From SAR86 cluster bacterium (GTDB lineage Bacteria > Pseudomonadota > Gammaproteobacteria > Magnimaribacterales > D2472), in assembly GCA_023703615.1 (NCBI GenBank), contig CP097971.1:1134224-1198223 (forward strand): a DNA stretch of 64,000 nt, given 5' to 3'. The stretch's first letter is position 1. Every line of letters begins with the position of its first letter. Under the pieces are notes generated by a model. It made no database searches, had not been told where the DNA came from, and saw only the letters and a program-made list of their open reading frames with translations. Of the stretch, positions 18,692 to 29,065 are shown in pieces. Position numbers and translations under genes: made by a program.

Positions 18692-20119
18692 GGAGTTTTG
18701 AATGTAATCTCTTCTCAATGCTAAATTTTTAACTCTTATTTCTTCGTTCTCTGTATATTTCAACCAATTATTTGCCGTTCCTTTAATTTTCTTGTCTTTG
18801 TCTCTGGCTGCTATTCTAAATTGTTTTCTTGCTTCATCGAATTCTTGAAGTTCAAAATATGCTTGACCAAGAGTCAAGTATACTTGAGATAGTTTTTTGC
18901 CTTCTATCTTACCCTTTTTTAAACCTAATTTTATTGCTGTTACAGCATCATCAATTCTATCTTCTGATAAGTATAAATTCCCCAATAAAACATATGGTTC
19001 TCCATCTTTCGCCAACTTTGCAGCTCTCTCTAAGACAGGTATGGCTTCATTAATCTCTTGTGCCATTCTCCATGCATCTGCAAGAAGTCTTAGATTTTTT
19101 TCAGTATCTTTTACAACAGGAACTATTTTTTCTTCTTTTGTCTTTTCATCTACTATCGTAATTTTTTTATTCTGACCTGATACCAAAACTTTAGCTGCCC
19201 AATAAGGATTTTCATTTAGAAGTAATAATTGCGTTAATGCTAAATATTCGGATTCTTTGTTCAAAAAATCTTTTGCATGTGCAGCTTTTAAAGTAATCAT
19301 ATAATCTCTTTCTCGATTTAATCTAGCGTATGACCCACCAAGTTGAATAAAGTAAAGTTTTTTTGGGTATAGATTTACAAGAATCTCATAAATATCAACT
19401 TGCCTTAGTAGAGAATCTTTCTCTCCTATTTCAGCTTTTAATTCTTCAATATTTGCTGCTAGCAATACATACCAATTTTCTTTAGGTTTATAGCCCTCAA
19501 CTTCTTCAGCAAGCTGTATTGCTTTTTCGATAGCAGACATAGATTTTTTATGATCTTCTAACTGAAAATAAGCTTGTCCTAAAATACCCCAAGATTGTGC
19601 AGTAACTGTTTCAACTTCAGACATCCAATCTAAAATAAATTCTACACCTTTCCTATAGTTTCCTTGAACCATATAAAGCTGACCCATTGTTAATAATGCT
19701 TGCACTCTTATTGGAATAGTAACTTCTGGCTCAGAAATTGTTTTCTCATATGCTTGAATTGCTTGATCATATTTTTCATCTGAAAAATATACGTAACCCC
19801 AAGCATTCCACATGACAGATCTATCGTAACTTTTTAAATTTGCTGAATCATTTCTTAGCTCAGTAAGAATATTGGTAACTGTTTCCATATCTGGATCAAG
19901 ATCACCTACATCATTTACTCTTTCGAGAGCTTCATATACTTTTGCCATTTTTTTTGCTGTAGACGATTGTAATGCCCTTGCTTTTCTGTATTTAATTTCT
20001 TTTTTTGGTTTTTCAGATGCTTCTTGAGCCTGAATATTCGACGCAACAAATAAGAAAGAGCCACTAAAAATAATTAGTGAAAAAAAGATATAAATAAATT
20101 GATTCTTTAAATTAATCAT
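18686..20119 (-). CDS. TPR-repeat periplasmic protein of the TonB operon (TtpD-like)
   Basis: Signal peptide (..QAQEA), multiple TPR-like helices; last gene of the ttp-exb-tonB operon. Confidence 0.8.
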   Translation of the reverse strand: MINLKNQFIYIFFSLIIFSGSFLFVASNIQAQEASEKPKKEIKYRKARALQSSTAKKMAKVYEALERVNDVGDLDPDMETVTNILTELRNDSANLKSYDRSVMWNAWGYVYFSDEKYDQAIQAYEKTISEPEVTIPIRVQALLTMGQLYMVQGNYRKGVEFILDWMSEVETVTAQSWGILGQAYFQLEDHKKSMSAIEKAIQLAEEVEGYKPKENWYVLLAANIEELKAEIGEKDSLLRQVDIYEILVNLYPKKLYFIQLGGSYARLNRERDYMITLKAAHAKDFLNKESEYLALTQLLLLNENPYWAAKVLVSGQNKKITIVDEKTKEEKIVPVVKDTEKNLRLLADAWRMAQEINEAIPVLERAAKLAKDGEPYVLLGNLYLSEDRIDDAVTAIKLGLKKGKIEGKKLSQVYLTLGQAYFELQEFDEARKQFRIAARDKDKKIKGTANNWLKYTENEEIRVKNLALRRDYIQNSS

Positions 20120-20814
20120 ACATCTTGCTCCATAATATAAGTAAATCTATGAAGAACGCCTTGGACTGGTGTTGCTTTACCATCAACTATTTTTGGTTTG
20201 TATTTAAGTTTTAATGCTGCCCTTGCTGATGAACTATTAAATATGGTACATGGTCTATACTCAGTATCTGGATTCGTTGGATCTCCACACCATCCTTCTA
20301 ATGGTTCAACATCTTCAACAGTTCCGGTCTCTGTAATTGTGAATTGAACTATCGCGTAACCTTGCGTTCCTCTTTCCTGAGCCCTTCTCGGATATACTGG
20401 CTGTACTTTAAATAAAGGAATATATTCACCGTCCCTAAAAAAACTACCTCCAGCTTTGAAATTTGCTTTAGGTTTTGCAATATTAACGTCTATCCCAGCC
20501 AGAGGTTGAAGATCTAACTCTGGTTGTGCAATATCTTCTGGTTGTTCCTCAGGCTTATCAGGCTTATCAACTTCTGTAAGAAACGTATCTATTTCTCTCT
20601 CTGGCATTACTACATCAGCTAGTTTTACAGAACTATCCTCTTTCATACCACTATCACCAAGAGCAATTAATATAACCATTATTGAAAATAATCCAAATGT
20701 GATTAAAACAGAAAAACCTATGCCAGCAGCAATTTTATTTGCATTAAAAGCTCTTATATATAGATCTTTAATAGGCCTAATGATTGAGTTTAAAATTGAA
20801 AGGGCTTGATCCAT
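20116..20814 (-). CDS. tonB: Energy transducer TonB
   Basis: N-terminal TM, Pro/Glu/Lys-rich linker (PDKPDKPEEQPE), C-terminal domain P.YPRRAQ.RG.QG...VQFTI...G.V. Confidence 0.9.
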   Translation of the reverse strand: MDQALSILNSIIRPIKDLYIRAFNANKIAAGIGFSVLITFGLFSIMVILIALGDSGMKEDSSVKLADVVMPEREIDTFLTEVDKPDKPEEQPEDIAQPELDLQPLAGIDVNIAKPKANFKAGGSFFRDGEYIPLFKVQPVYPRRAQERGTQGYAIVQFTITETGTVEDVEPLEGWCGDPTNPDTEYRPCTIFNSSSARAALKLKYKPKIVDGKATPVQGVLHRFTYIMEQDV

Positions 20815-20818
20815 AATT

Positions 20819-21229
20819 CTATTTTGGTTCAGATGCTAATGATATTGCGTTGACTCCTGCTTCTCTTGCACCATCCATTACTTTAATTATAGTATCAGCC
20901 ATTGCCTTTTCATCAGCCTGTATTACAACTGAGCCTTGCGGATTGTCTGCTAAAAGTTTAACGACATTTGCTTTAACTTGTCTAACATCTATTCTTCTGC
21001 CGTCCATCCAAACCTCACCAGTGGGACCAACAGCAACTAATATTGCAGCATTTTCTTGGGTTTCTGCAGTTTCAGAATCTGGTCTATTAATTTCAAGGCC
21101 TGGTTCTTTGATAAAGTTTGCAGTAACAATAAAAAATATGAGCATTATGAATACTACATCTAACATAGGTGTTAAATTAATTTCACTTTCTTCATCTTTT
21201 ACAGCTGATGAAATTGCATTTCTTCTCAT
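20819..21229 (-). CDS. exbD: Biopolymer transport ExbD
   Basis: INLTPMLDVVFIMLIFFIVT, VIQAD, VMD..REAG. Confidence 0.93.
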   Translation of the reverse strand: MRRNAISSAVKDEESEINLTPMLDVVFIMLIFFIVTANFIKEPGLEINRPDSETAETQENAAILVAVGPTGEVWMDGRRIDVRQVKANVVKLLADNPQGSVVIQADEKAMADTIIKVMDGAREAGVNAISLASEPK

Positions 21230-21238
21230 AAAAACTCC

Positions 21239-21769
21239 TTATATTTCTCTCTTAATTATTTCATTTAGATCGGTTTTATGTTTTTCACTTGCACTATTTA
21301 AATATATGCTAGCAAATACACCAGAAAGGGCAACAACCATACCTGCCATTGTTGGAAGAGTGGCTTTTGAAACTCCTCCAGCCATAGCTCTGGCATCACC
21401 ACCACCGTTAAAAGCCATAACTTGAAAAACCTCTATCATTCCTGTGACTGTTCCCAGCAATCCAAATAATGGTGCAAGCATTACACAAGTTTGAATAATG
21501 CTTAGGTTCTTGCTGATTTCAATTTTTGCTTGTGAAATTATTTTTTCTCTGATTTGCAGGGCGTGCCAAGAAGTTTTATCAGATCTGTTATTCCATTTCT
21601 GAGATTGAACTGAAATGTACTGATTATAGCCATATGAAAAGAACCAAATTCTCTCAAATATCATTGCCCACATAGCAAATACAAGAATGGCAATAAGCCA
21701 GAGCACACTTCCACCAGCTTCCATAAAGTCCCTGATAGATGAAAATGCCTCTGAAATTGCAAAAAACAT
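21239..21769 (-). CDS. exbB: MotA/TolQ/ExbB proton channel (short ExbB)
   Basis: APLFGLLGTVTGMI..F, MAGGVSKA..PTMAGMVVA. Confidence 0.92.
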   Translation of the reverse strand: MFFAISEAFSSIRDFMEAGGSVLWLIAILVFAMWAMIFERIWFFSYGYNQYISVQSQKWNNRSDKTSWHALQIREKIISQAKIEISKNLSIIQTCVMLAPLFGLLGTVTGMIEVFQVMAFNGGGDARAMAGGVSKATLPTMAGMVVALSGVFASIYLNSASEKHKTDLNEIIKREI

Positions 21770-21777
21770 ACTCGATC

Positions 21778-23172
21778 CTAATTAGTTTCTGCGTGCTCTG
21801 CTAATATTCCAGTGCTCTGCTCTTCTAAAATACCAATAATTCCTTTAGCAGATGATTGTGTAAAAGAATGTAAAAAAGTAGTTGGAATTGCAACAAGAAG
21901 TCCAAGCACCGTGGTCACAAGAGCTTGAGAGATACCTCCAGCCATTAATTTTGGATCACCAGTACCGTATAAAGTAATCATTTGGAATGTAACAATCATA
22001 CCTGTGACAGTTCCCAAAAGACCAGCGAGCGGCGCAATAACTGAAATAATTTTTATTGCTCCAATACCTCTTTCAATGGATGGTCTCTCTGCCATAATCG
22101 CTTCAGCTAATTTTAGTTCAAGAGTATCTATGTCTTTACTGAAATTTTCCTGCCCAGCTTTCAAAACTCTTCCCAACGGATTATTTTCATCTGGAGTCTT
22201 AGATTTAGCTTGTTTTCTGACCAATCTTCCAAGCATAAATAAGCTATATAATTTATAAAATGCATAAAGTATTCCAATAGCACCCACAGCAATTATTGCA
22301 GCACCAACTTCTCTTCCCTGAGCAGCTCTTTCCATTAGTGATGGAGTTTGAATAAGATTTGCTAAAAGACTTCCGCCAGTTGGTCCAGTTGGATCTACGC
22401 CAAATCTAATTTCATCACCTGGGTCAGCTCTACCAATTCTTCTTGCAGTCTTTGTATATCTGCTTGCAGGCTGTCTTGGTAAAAATGCATATTGTCCCTT
22501 TGAAGTAGCATACTCTAAATATTTGTCGTCACATACGGCATTAAATAATCCTATTCTAGTGACATTACATTCTTCTGCTTCACCATTAACATCTATTACT
22601 TCTGTATCAAATGACACAACTTGACCACTTGCAACCATTTCTCTTTGAAGTTCGTACCATAATCCTTCAATTTCTCTAATGGTAGGTAATTCAGTTGTTT
22701 CTGACATTTTGCTTGTAAGATCATTTAAAAAGTCTACCCTTTCTTGACCATATTGAGCGCCAGTTAAGGAACCTGAAAATTGAACTGCAGCTTCACCTGC
22801 AGAGCTTTGTAAATGACCAAATAGCTCTACTAAAGATCCTAGTTCTTTTTTATAAGCATCTTCTTTAACTATTAATATGCTCTCGTTTTTCTTATATTCT
22901 GCTTCTAATGTATCTGCTATCTTCTCTTGTCTTGCTAATTCTCTTTTTTCAGCAGCCAAAATAGATGCTTGTTTATTCTTGTTAGCAAGAAATTCATTTT
23001 CTCTATCAGTATTTGCAGCTTGTTCAACAGTTTTGCCTTCTTTAACCAAAAGAAGAAGAGCTTCAACAGTTGAAATCTCTTCAGAAGCCTCATCAGAATC
23101 CTGAGCAATAACATTATTGCTTAAAGCAAATGAAAAAATAGCTAATGAAAATAGTAATTTATAATTATTCAT
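21778..23172 (-). CDS. Long ExbB-family protein with periplasmic coiled coil (TtpC-like)
   Basis: Signal peptide, long helical N-terminal domain, DPT, then APLAGLLGTVTGMI..F, GDPKLMAGGISQALVTT. Confidence 0.88.
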   Translation of the reverse strand: MNNYKLLFSLAIFSFALSNNVIAQDSDEASEEISTVEALLLLVKEGKTVEQAANTDRENEFLANKNKQASILAAEKRELARQEKIADTLEAEYKKNESILIVKEDAYKKELGSLVELFGHLQSSAGEAAVQFSGSLTGAQYGQERVDFLNDLTSKMSETTELPTIREIEGLWYELQREMVASGQVVSFDTEVIDVNGEAEECNVTRIGLFNAVCDDKYLEYATSKGQYAFLPRQPASRYTKTARRIGRADPGDEIRFGVDPTGPTGGSLLANLIQTPSLMERAAQGREVGAAIIAVGAIGILYAFYKLYSLFMLGRLVRKQAKSKTPDENNPLGRVLKAGQENFSKDIDTLELKLAEAIMAERPSIERGIGAIKIISVIAPLAGLLGTVTGMIVTFQMITLYGTGDPKLMAGGISQALVTTVLGLLVAIPTTFLHSFTQSSAKGIIGILEEQSTGILAEHAETN

Positions 23173-23921
23173 TACACTTCTCCTTTAACAACTGGCATTA
23201 AAAGCATATCTGTTGGAGCTAGTTTTTTTGCCATTCTGATTCCATCTCTTATTGGTTTTCTGTATGAAGATGATAGTTCATCCCATGAATTAGTATCATT
23301 ATTCCATCTACCACTCGTTCTTTCGTCCTTTGTCTGATAAAACATACCAATTCTTCCTATTACTAATATATTCACAACAGTTCCGTCAGAAAGTGTGTCC
23401 TCATATGTATCAATTTTTCTGCCATATTCCGCTTCAATGTTATAAGCTTCAAGAACTTGTCTTACCTGTTCTGATGCTGTTACTTTAGGTTTGGCTAATG
23501 ATGCTCGAACTAAATCAACTCTATTTTGTCTCTCTGCTTTTCTAAATGGTGTATCTAAAGAAATAAATGTTTCTAAACTTTCTAGCATTCTTTGAGCCAA
23601 AGGCGGTATCTGTCTTTGCATGACAACTACTTGTATGAGTTGTTCATCTAGCTTATCCATTAAATCAAGTTGAGCTTGAATCTGTATTCTTTTTTGTTCG
23701 TTATAAAGTTTTAGGCCTTCGACTTGTTTTGAAACAACTTTATATTCATTTACAATTTTGTCTGTTTGTCTTTCAGTTTTATCGATTCTGTCCTGTGAAC
23801 TTGCTGACAGTTCTTGATTTTCTCTTCCAACTTCTAAAACTGCTTCCATATCAGATGTATGAATCTGCATAGAAGAAAGTATTAGAGCCAATGAAGAAAA
23901 TGTTATTAATCCATATTTCAT
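23172..23921 (-). CDS. DUF3450 family periplasmic protein (TtpB-like)
   Basis: Signal peptide, coiled coil, D.PF...ERQ.R, SEQ.RQVLEAY.IE.EYGR, L.IGRIG.FYQT; first gene of the TonB operon. Confidence 0.85.
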   Translation of the reverse strand: MKYGLITFSSLALILSSMQIHTSDMEAVLEVGRENQELSASSQDRIDKTERQTDKIVNEYKVVSKQVEGLKLYNEQKRIQIQAQLDLMDKLDEQLIQVVVMQRQIPPLAQRMLESLETFISLDTPFRKAERQNRVDLVRASLAKPKVTASEQVRQVLEAYNIEAEYGRKIDTYEDTLSDGTVVNILVIGRIGMFYQTKDERTSGRWNNDTNSWDELSSSYRKPIRDGIRMAKKLAPTDMLLMPVVKGEV

Positions 23922-24049
23922 TGCATAACTCCCTTAAAGTTTGTCTATATTAACAGGCATTACGCCTATATTAAAACTTATGTCCCTAACTTTTCTCAAT
24001 AATCATTATAATACATCGATATTGTTAATTATTAATTTAATTATTTTTT

Positions 24050-24916
24050 TTATTTAAGGCTAAAAAATAAGGCTGGGGTTTCTTTTCTATATTTTTTATA
24101 TTCTTCAAGATGCCCCCATTTTTTATTAGCTCTGTCCTCCAACATCCTAACTCCGCTTATGTAAACAAGTAACAAATATGTAAAAATTGGTGATATAAGT
24201 GCAATATATTGCATCCCATTAAGAGATGAAAAAGATATTACTGCAATAGCAAACCATAAGACAATCTCACCTAAATAATTTGGGTGCCTTGATTTCGACC
24301 AAAGTCCAGAAGTAATAAATTTGTTCTTATTTTCTGAGTTTGATCTAAAAACTGTTTTTTGATGATCTGCAATTATCTCAATAGAGAATCCAATAATAAA
24401 TAGACCAATACCAATGTATGTTATTAAATTCATCATTACTCCAGATGGATTGGCCATTGCAGTCCAAGCACAAATGGAACAAAGAGATACCCACATGCCT
24501 GAAAGTGTCCATGTAAAGAAAAACTGGGAAGCTGAAGTTTTAATGGTTCTGAATCTTTTATCTTCACCATCTTTATGAATTCTCATGAATAAAAAACTAC
24601 CTAGTCTTATTGTCCAAATAGAAATGAGAGAAGCTAATATTAAATTTCCACTACTATATCCATAAAGTTCATGAGAAAGTATATAAATGAACCAAGTTAG
24701 AAGTAGGTATTTAATACTTCCTGTTAAATCATAAAACTTTTCAGTTTGGAATAAATAAGCAGGTATATAAGCTAGCCAACTAATCAAAAATGCCAATAAA
24801 ACTGCAATAAACACTATTCTACTACCAACTGCATAAGCTATAACCATTGTTATAAGGAAGGCAACAATAGACGAAAGAAAATATAAATACCATTTCATGA
24901 TTTTTCCCATCCACAT
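24050..24916 (-). CDS. DUF1295 family membrane protein (steroid 5-alpha-reductase/ICMT-like)
   Basis: TEKFYDLTGS, WTIRLGSFL..RI...GEDKRF, E..AD.QK..F, GLW..SRHPNY.GE. Confidence 0.9.
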   Translation of the reverse strand: MWMGKIMKWYLYFLSSIVAFLITMVIAYAVGSRIVFIAVLLAFLISWLAYIPAYLFQTEKFYDLTGSIKYLLLTWFIYILSHELYGYSSGNLILASLISIWTIRLGSFLFMRIHKDGEDKRFRTIKTSASQFFFTWTLSGMWVSLCSICAWTAMANPSGVMMNLITYIGIGLFIIGFSIEIIADHQKTVFRSNSENKNKFITSGLWSKSRHPNYLGEIVLWFAIAVISFSSLNGMQYIALISPIFTYLLLVYISGVRMLEDRANKKWGHLEEYKKYRKETPALFFSLK

Positions 24917-26721
24917 GTTCTGTTTTGATTTTGTTCATCTAACCAAGTCTTTAAGGGAGCATAATAATTTAATATAGATTTTCCACTTAATTCTCTTGAG
25001 CCTGTTAATTTTTCGAATGCATCTTGCCATGGAACGCTTTGTCCTAATGCCATTGTTGATATAACTCTTTCCCCAGCTTTTTTACTATCATATATAGAAC
25101 ATTCATGAAGGGGTCCATCAAAATTGATTGCATTGCATAATGCTTCATGAAACTGATATTGCATTATTGAAGCAAGAAAATATCTAGTATAAGGAGTATT
25201 GGCTGGAATATGATATTTTGCTCCGGGATCAAAGAAGTTCTCTGGTCGATCAATTGGTGGTGCTATTCCTTGATATTTTTCTCGAAGTTCCCACCAAGAT
25301 TCATTTAAGTTTGATTCGTCTATTTTTCCAGAAAATAATGCAGCACGCCATTTATCAAGCATTATTGCCCATGGAACAATGACAACTCCATCAAGTGCTT
25401 TTTTCATTAGCAACCCAATAGGATCCTCATTGGCTTTATTGGCTTGATTTATATCAATAAACCCTATTTGCTCAAGGTAATTTGGGGTTACAGATAAAGA
25501 GAGTAGATCACCAAAGGCTTCATGGAAACCATCATTGGCTCCAGCTTGAAATATAGTTGGCAAATGATTATAAGCCTGATAATAAAAAATATGTCCAAGC
25601 TCATGATGAATTGTTGAAAAATCCTCTTCATTTTTTTCAATGCACATTTTAATTCTCAAATCGTTATTTTTTGAGTCCAAATTCCATGCAGAAGCATGAC
25701 AAACAACTGACCTATCCTGAGGTTTTACGAAAAGTGATCTGTCCCAAAAAGTATTAGGCAGAGGATCAAAACCTATAGAAAGAAAAAAATTCTCAGCAAT
25801 TTGTACCATTTCTATCTCATCAATTTCTTTTTCATTTATTATTTTTGTTACGTCAATTGAATTATTATCATTTGGTTTTTTATAAACAAGATCATAAATA
25901 TTTGACCAAGACTGCCCCCACATATTACCTAATATATGGGCTGGTAGAGGACCAGTCTTAGAGACAATTCCATCACCATATTCTTTATTAAGTGAGTCTC
26001 TAACGTGGCAGTGAAGTGCTTCATATAGAGGTTTCACTTCATCTAATACCCTATCAATCTCCGATAAAAATTCTTCTTTTGGCATATCATATTTACTAAA
26101 CCATAAATCATCTAAACCATCATAACCAAGATCTATTGAGCCCTTATTTCCAATTTCGACCATCCTTAAATATAGAGGTTTCATTGGCTTACCTACTTCA
26201 TGCCAACCAGACCAAGCCCTTAATAATTCATCTTCATTCCTAGATAGGTCCATAATTGCTTCAAAGCCTTCGAGATCAAAACACTCATTATTTTCAAAAC
26301 AGTATTCACCATTTCCATACATTGCTCTTAGCGTTGATTGAATTTCTGATAACTCTTTAGCTAAACTTTCATCTAGGGGAGGCGGCATAACAAAAGAGCT
26401 TTTTAGTAATGCTAATTTTCTTCTATTATCTTTGGTTGTTTCAAAATTATTGAAGAGGGATGCTTCTCTTGCTCTTTCTAAAGAATTTATTGAGTATCTT
26501 TTACTATAATCAGCAATAACTTTTTGTGAATCATAAGTAATAAAATTGGAGCTTATCCAAGATGCTGAACTAATTATTGGACCTTCTTCAATATTTTGTT
26601 TTTCAACTTTTTCTAAAAAAGTCTCTAAGTCTTCAATTGATTTACTTTGTTCGCCAGTTTTTGCACAAGAAGCTACAATTGCTATCATAGCAATAATAAA
26701 TATCATTTTTTTCATGGTCAC
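24895..26721 (-). CDS. M2 family zinc metallopeptidase (ACE-like peptidyl-dipeptidase), lipoprotein
   Basis: HHELGH zinc motif, GFHEAFGD, CHASAW, PAHILGNMWGQSW, FDPGAKYH.P.N.PY.RYF; lipobox VASC. Confidence 0.95.
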   Translation of the reverse strand: MTMKKMIFIIAMIAIVASCAKTGEQSKSIEDLETFLEKVEKQNIEEGPIISSASWISSNFITYDSQKVIADYSKRYSINSLERAREASLFNNFETTKDNRRKLALLKSSFVMPPPLDESLAKELSEIQSTLRAMYGNGEYCFENNECFDLEGFEAIMDLSRNEDELLRAWSGWHEVGKPMKPLYLRMVEIGNKGSIDLGYDGLDDLWFSKYDMPKEEFLSEIDRVLDEVKPLYEALHCHVRDSLNKEYGDGIVSKTGPLPAHILGNMWGQSWSNIYDLVYKKPNDNNSIDVTKIINEKEIDEIEMVQIAENFFLSIGFDPLPNTFWDRSLFVKPQDRSVVCHASAWNLDSKNNDLRIKMCIEKNEEDFSTIHHELGHIFYYQAYNHLPTIFQAGANDGFHEAFGDLLSLSVTPNYLEQIGFIDINQANKANEDPIGLLMKKALDGVVIVPWAIMLDKWRAALFSGKIDESNLNESWWELREKYQGIAPPIDRPENFFDPGAKYHIPANTPYTRYFLASIMQYQFHEALCNAINFDGPLHECSIYDSKKAGERVISTMALGQSVPWQDAFEKLTGSRELSGKSILNYYAPLKTWLDEQNQNRTCGWEKS

Positions 26722-26763
26722 ACCTCTATCTCACAGATTAAAATAACATAAATAATAATTAAT

Positions 26764-27324
26764 ATGAAAATTTCTACAAATCAATTTAAAAATGGAACTA
26801 AAATTATTGTAGATAACGCACCATGTTCAATTATAGAACATGAATTTCATAAACCTGGTAAAGGTCAAGCAGTGATGCGAGTAAAATATAAAAATCTTAT
26901 TACTGGGAATACAAATGATAAAACATTCAAATCTGGCGAGTCAGTTGATGCCGCAGATGTTAATCATAAAGAAATGGATTTTTTGTATTCTGATGGTAAT
27001 TCGTGGCATTTTATGGATCCTTTATCATATGAACAACTTGAAATTGATTCGTCTTTGATGTCAGAAGCAAAAAAATGGTTAATAGGTCAAGAGAAGTGTG
27101 AAATAGTTCTTTGGGATTCTATTCCTATTCTTATCGAGACGCCTGTGTTTGTAGAGCTAAAAATCGTAAAATCTGAACCAGGCGTAAAAGGCGATACTGT
27201 TTCTGGTGCAACTAAACCAGCTGAATTGGAAACAGGGGTAATCATTCAAGTGCCTCTATTTGTAAATGAGGGTGAAATTGTAAAAGTTGATACTAGAAAA
27301 GAAGCTTACGTGGGAAGAGTATAA
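26764..27324 (+). CDS. efp: Elongation factor P
   Basis: HKPGKGQA, PGVKGDT.SG..KPA.LETG, VPLFV..GE.VKVDTR. Confidence 0.97.
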   Translation: MKISTNQFKNGTKIIVDNAPCSIIEHEFHKPGKGQAVMRVKYKNLITGNTNDKTFKSGESVDAADVNHKEMDFLYSDGNSWHFMDPLSYEQLEIDSSLMSEAKKWLIGQEKCEIVLWDSIPILIETPVFVELKIVKSEPGVKGDTVSGATKPAELETGVIIQVPLFVNEGEIVKVDTRKEAYVGRV

Positions 27325-27329
27325 GAAAA

Positions 27330-29060
27330 ATGTTCAAAATCATTCAAGACAATATTAATTCTTATCTAAACTTAATAGAAGGTATATCTGAATCAGATAT
27401 TCAAGCAATAAAAGATAAATACACTATTTCTATTACGGATGATATGTCTAAAGGACACATCACATCGAACATATGCTTGATATTAGGTAGCATACACAAA
27501 GCTAACCCCAAGGAATTGTCAAAAGATTTATGTGCACAACTTAATAAATTAAAAAAGTTTGAAAAAGTTGAGTCTGCAGGTCCAGGATTTATAAATATAT
27601 TTCTTAAAAGAAAAGATTTTGCTTCTATTATCAATAAGGCTAATAAAAAAACATTCGGAGAGTCTGATGTTGGAAAGAAAGAAAAGATTCAAATTGAGTT
27701 TGTCTCTGCAAATCCAACTGGGCCACTTCATGTTGGACATGGAAGAGGAGCAGCTTTTGGCGATGCATTGGCCAGAATATTTACTGCCACAGGTTGCGAA
27801 GTCCAAAAAGAGTACTATGTTAATGATGCAGGGAGACAGATTGATATTTTGTCAGCAAGTGTTCTTTTAAGATTATATGAAGAAGAGCTTGAGAGTTTTT
27901 TTCCAGAAGTTGCATATAAAGGGAAGTATATTAATGTTTTAGCAAACGAATTTTTAAAAAATAATAAAAAACAAAATATAGAAATTAAAGAAATTTTAAA
28001 AAATCTACCTAGTGACAATGAAGATCAAATAGATGCAATCATTACAATCTTTAAAAAAAATCATTTGGACTTATGGGAAGAAGTTAAATCGTACTCATTG
28101 GACAAGGTTCTAGACGAGATAAAAAGCGATCTAAGTAAATTTAATGTAAATTTTGATAATTGGTTTTTTGAATCTGATTTAGGAAACATTATGGATTCTA
28201 ATTCAGAAATTTCTAATGCAATAAAAAAATTGCAAAGCAATTCTCTAATTTATAAAGAAAACGGTGCTACTTGGTTAAATACATCAGCAAGTAATGATGA
28301 TAAAAACAGAGTGCTAATAAGAGATGATAATAGAGCAACATATTTTGCATCTGATGTTGCTTATCACAAAAACAAACTAGATAGAGGTTTTTCAAAAATT
28401 ATAAACATATGGGGAGCAGACCATCATGGATATATAAAAAGAATTGAATCATCAATTATTGGTTTAGGTTATAAAAAAGAACAGATGAGTGTCCAACTTG
28501 TTCAATTTGCAAATCTTTTTAAAGAAGGGAAAAAAATAAAAATGTCTACAAGATCTGGTGAGTTTTATACTCTTTCAAACCTTATTGACGAGATAGGCAA
28601 AGATGCTTCAAGATTTTATTATCTTTCAAAACAAGCTGATCAACACCTTGATTTTGATCTTGATTTAGCCAAAACAGACAGTAAAGAGAATATTTTTTAT
28701 TATATTCAATATGCTCATGCAAGAATTTCATCTCTTCAAATCAAGAGCAAGCTTAAAGATAAAGACTTCGATTTAATAAAACTTCAAGATGGCTCATATA
28801 ATTTTTGTGATCAATTGATTCATGAAATTTATAAATACCCTTCTATAGTTTTAAGGGCTTCAAATAAGATGCAACCACATTTAATAATATTTTATTTAAA
28901 AGACGTAGCTCATAAATTTCATAGTTATTACAACGACAACAAAATTCTCTCAGAAAATGAAGATAATCTTAAATCTATAATGTTTTGTTTAAGTGCAGTT
29001 AAAAACGTACTTTCAAGTGGTCTTAATTTATTAGGCATAGAACCAATGAATAAAATGTAG
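27330..29060 (+). CDS. argS: Arginine--tRNA ligase
   Basis: EFVSANPTGPLHVGHGRGA, EYYVNDAGRQ, YFASDVAYH, WGADHHGY, MSTRSGEF, YIQYAHARI. Confidence 0.97.
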   Translation: MFKIIQDNINSYLNLIEGISESDIQAIKDKYTISITDDMSKGHITSNICLILGSIHKANPKELSKDLCAQLNKLKKFEKVESAGPGFINIFLKRKDFASIINKANKKTFGESDVGKKEKIQIEFVSANPTGPLHVGHGRGAAFGDALARIFTATGCEVQKEYYVNDAGRQIDILSASVLLRLYEEELESFFPEVAYKGKYINVLANEFLKNNKKQNIEIKEILKNLPSDNEDQIDAIITIFKKNHLDLWEEVKSYSLDKVLDEIKSDLSKFNVNFDNWFFESDLGNIMDSNSEISNAIKKLQSNSLIYKENGATWLNTSASNDDKNRVLIRDDNRATYFASDVAYHKNKLDRGFSKIINIWGADHHGYIKRIESSIIGLGYKKEQMSVQLVQFANLFKEGKKIKMSTRSGEFYTLSNLIDEIGKDASRFYYLSKQADQHLDFDLDLAKTDSKENIFYYIQYAHARISSLQIKSKLKDKDFDLIKLQDGSYNFCDQLIHEIYKYPSIVLRASNKMQPHLIIFYLKDVAHKFHSYYNDNKILSENEDNLKSIMFCLSAVKNVLSSGLNLLGIEPMNKM

Positions 29061-29065
29061 TTTAA

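Noticed and set aside
20850-21425. 191-aa + strand ORF
   Set aside because: It is the antisense shadow of exbD/exbB, with no motifs. The other short overlapping track ORFs (e.g. 40775-41203, 41396-41710, 42593-42928, 4989-5261) are rejected on the same grounds.
23990-24012. Fur-like sequence (ATAATCATTAT) upstream of the TonB operon
   Set aside because: Only about 11-12 of 19 positions match in very AT-rich DNA. It is adequately explained by a minus-strand TATAAT -10 box.
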